DNA from: Hyphochytrium catenoides
Lineage: Eukaryota; Protista; Hyphochytriomycota
Length of the DNA: 64,000 nucleotides
Reading direction: 5' to 3'
Assembly: GCA_900088475.1 (NCBI GenBank)
Contig: FLMG01001487.1
Location: 59,453-123,452, forward strand
The position numbers and the translations under genes are program-made. The number at the start of each line of letters is the position of its first letter. The first letter of the stretch is position 1. The notes below the pieces were generated by a model, which searched no databases, had not been told where the DNA came from, and saw only the letters and a program-made list of their open reading frames with translations. Positions 62,627-64,000 of the stretch are shown here, in pieces.

Positions 62627-64000
62627 CCTCAGGAGGAAGCGAACAGATCGTGCTAGGAGCTGAGCGTCAGATCTGGATCACTGTTCAGGCTGTTGAGACA
62701 GCAGGTGGCAAGGTCAGAAGTGTAGAACTGTGGCGCGTCAACGCAAGTCAGTCCATAATGATGCGGATGACTCGATCTTCAGAAAGAACAATTGCTGAAA
62801 AGATTTGGCAAACGTTTACGGTCGTTTAGGATCTTTCTCGTTAGCCTCGGCATTTATCCCTTTATTCCTTCATGTGACTACTAATAATACAGACCTGACG
62901 GAGTTCCTGAGGTTAAATTCGGCTAGTCCTCTTACTATCGGTTTTAGGAAATGGTGGTTACTGGTGTGGTTCTGATATTCGGTTGTTTATGTGACAGCAG
63001 GGCAGCGGAGACAAGCGAAGACGATTCTTTCCATGTATGAGCCTCCTTCTTCGACAACAAGAGAGCAGGCAGCATCTTCAAGTTATCTAGCCTGGACCAA
63101 TGTCTCTTCCTATCGATGGAAGAGCAGCCCGTGCAAACTGACAGCCGAAGGAAGAACGACGGTGACTATCACCTGTCGATTCTCTAGGGCCAAATTCCTA
63201 AGCCTTGCTGAGGTGCAGGGGCTTTATCAGGTTATAGGTTATAGTACCCAAATGACCGTGTAAAGACACCGTCTAACCACGCCTGCCGCTCTTCTTCGGA
63301 ACCCTAGGTAGTTCGGGAGCAGGTTTGGTAGGGATGACAGGAGACGGAGTTCCCGTATAAAAATGCGGCTGGCCCCATACGATCAAACGCTATTATGTTG
63401 GACAGGGCTCAGAACCCTTCTACTTTGGAATTATACTATGAGGATCAACTTGACATCGATAACATTGAACAAGACAATATAAAGAGGATTCTGTCTATCT
63501 TCTAAAGGTAATCTCTTGACACATCCTGTACATTCATAAATACATAGAAAGTTATTCACCCATGTCCGCCAATATCCTGTGCTGCGCCTCCTTCTAAACC
63601 TGGGTTGACTCCTTTGGAAGGAAGTCAATTCTAGGGGTCCGAGGAGTTCCATTTTTGCAGTCTTTCCAACCTGAAGAGGGCCGAGCTTGGTTATCCTCCC
63701 TTCTAGCTTCGCTTGATTGCGGCTGCAGCGAAAGGGAGCCATCTAGCGCTTCACCTAGATAGCACCAAGCCCAGCAGGCCTCCAATCGAAGTACTGCTTA
63801 AATAAAGACGATAAACGCCGCATAAATAGGTTGACACTGCATCACTAGACTCCAAGAGTGTAGCCGCCAAAGATGCTCACGGTAAGCACCAACACAAGCC
63901 GAACAACCTGGGACTTGCTGATACCCTTCTCATTCACCTCTTCAAGTGATTCGGGAGATGTCGATGAAGAATGACTAAGTCGTCTCCCTTTATCGTATTG

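Noticed and set aside
62830-64000. Short ORFs at the right edge (similarly 1-950 at the left edge)
   Set aside because: No motifs recognised; may belong to genes or relics outside the window.
1-64000. CRISPR arrays, rRNA, tRNA, snRNA, riboswitches, alternative genetic code
   Set aside because: None recognised by eye; in-frame stops are explained by introns or TE decay. A covariance-model scan would be needed to exclude small RNAs.

Overview
Compact, intron-rich eukaryotic nuclear DNA (roughly 50% GC, short GT-AG introns, standard genetic code, three N gaps); protein style suggests a stramenopile/algal protist, but I cannot name the taxon. About 17 protein-coding genes can be reconstructed across introns: NTE1/PNPLA6-like phospholipase, CCT-motif protein, EME1, RNF212/Zip3-like RING protein, DSS1/SEM1, PH+ELMO protein, RS-rich protein, NCBP1/CBP80, EngB GTPase, COG0523/CobW GTPase, SOUL protein, 2xCCCH+Trf4/PAPD5-like nucleotidyltransferase, TPR protein, METTL21-like methyltransferase, EIPR1/TSSC1, MFS transporter, AcpS and a VOC/glyoxalase-like protein. 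Two dead copies of one Mutator-like (MULE) transposon family are present (~17.95-19.0 kb and 53.4-54.9 kb). Most notable: (i) the younger MULE copy ends in a ~120-bp near-perfect fold-back of its own transposase sequence, an architecture resembling maize Mu killer, and the older copy is also internally inverted; (ii) three homologous-recombination/crossover genes (EME1, RNF212-like, DSS1) are contiguous; (iii) a CCCH zinc finger-Trf4-like polymerase fusion. Exon boundaries were read by eye and multi-exon coordinates are gene spans.
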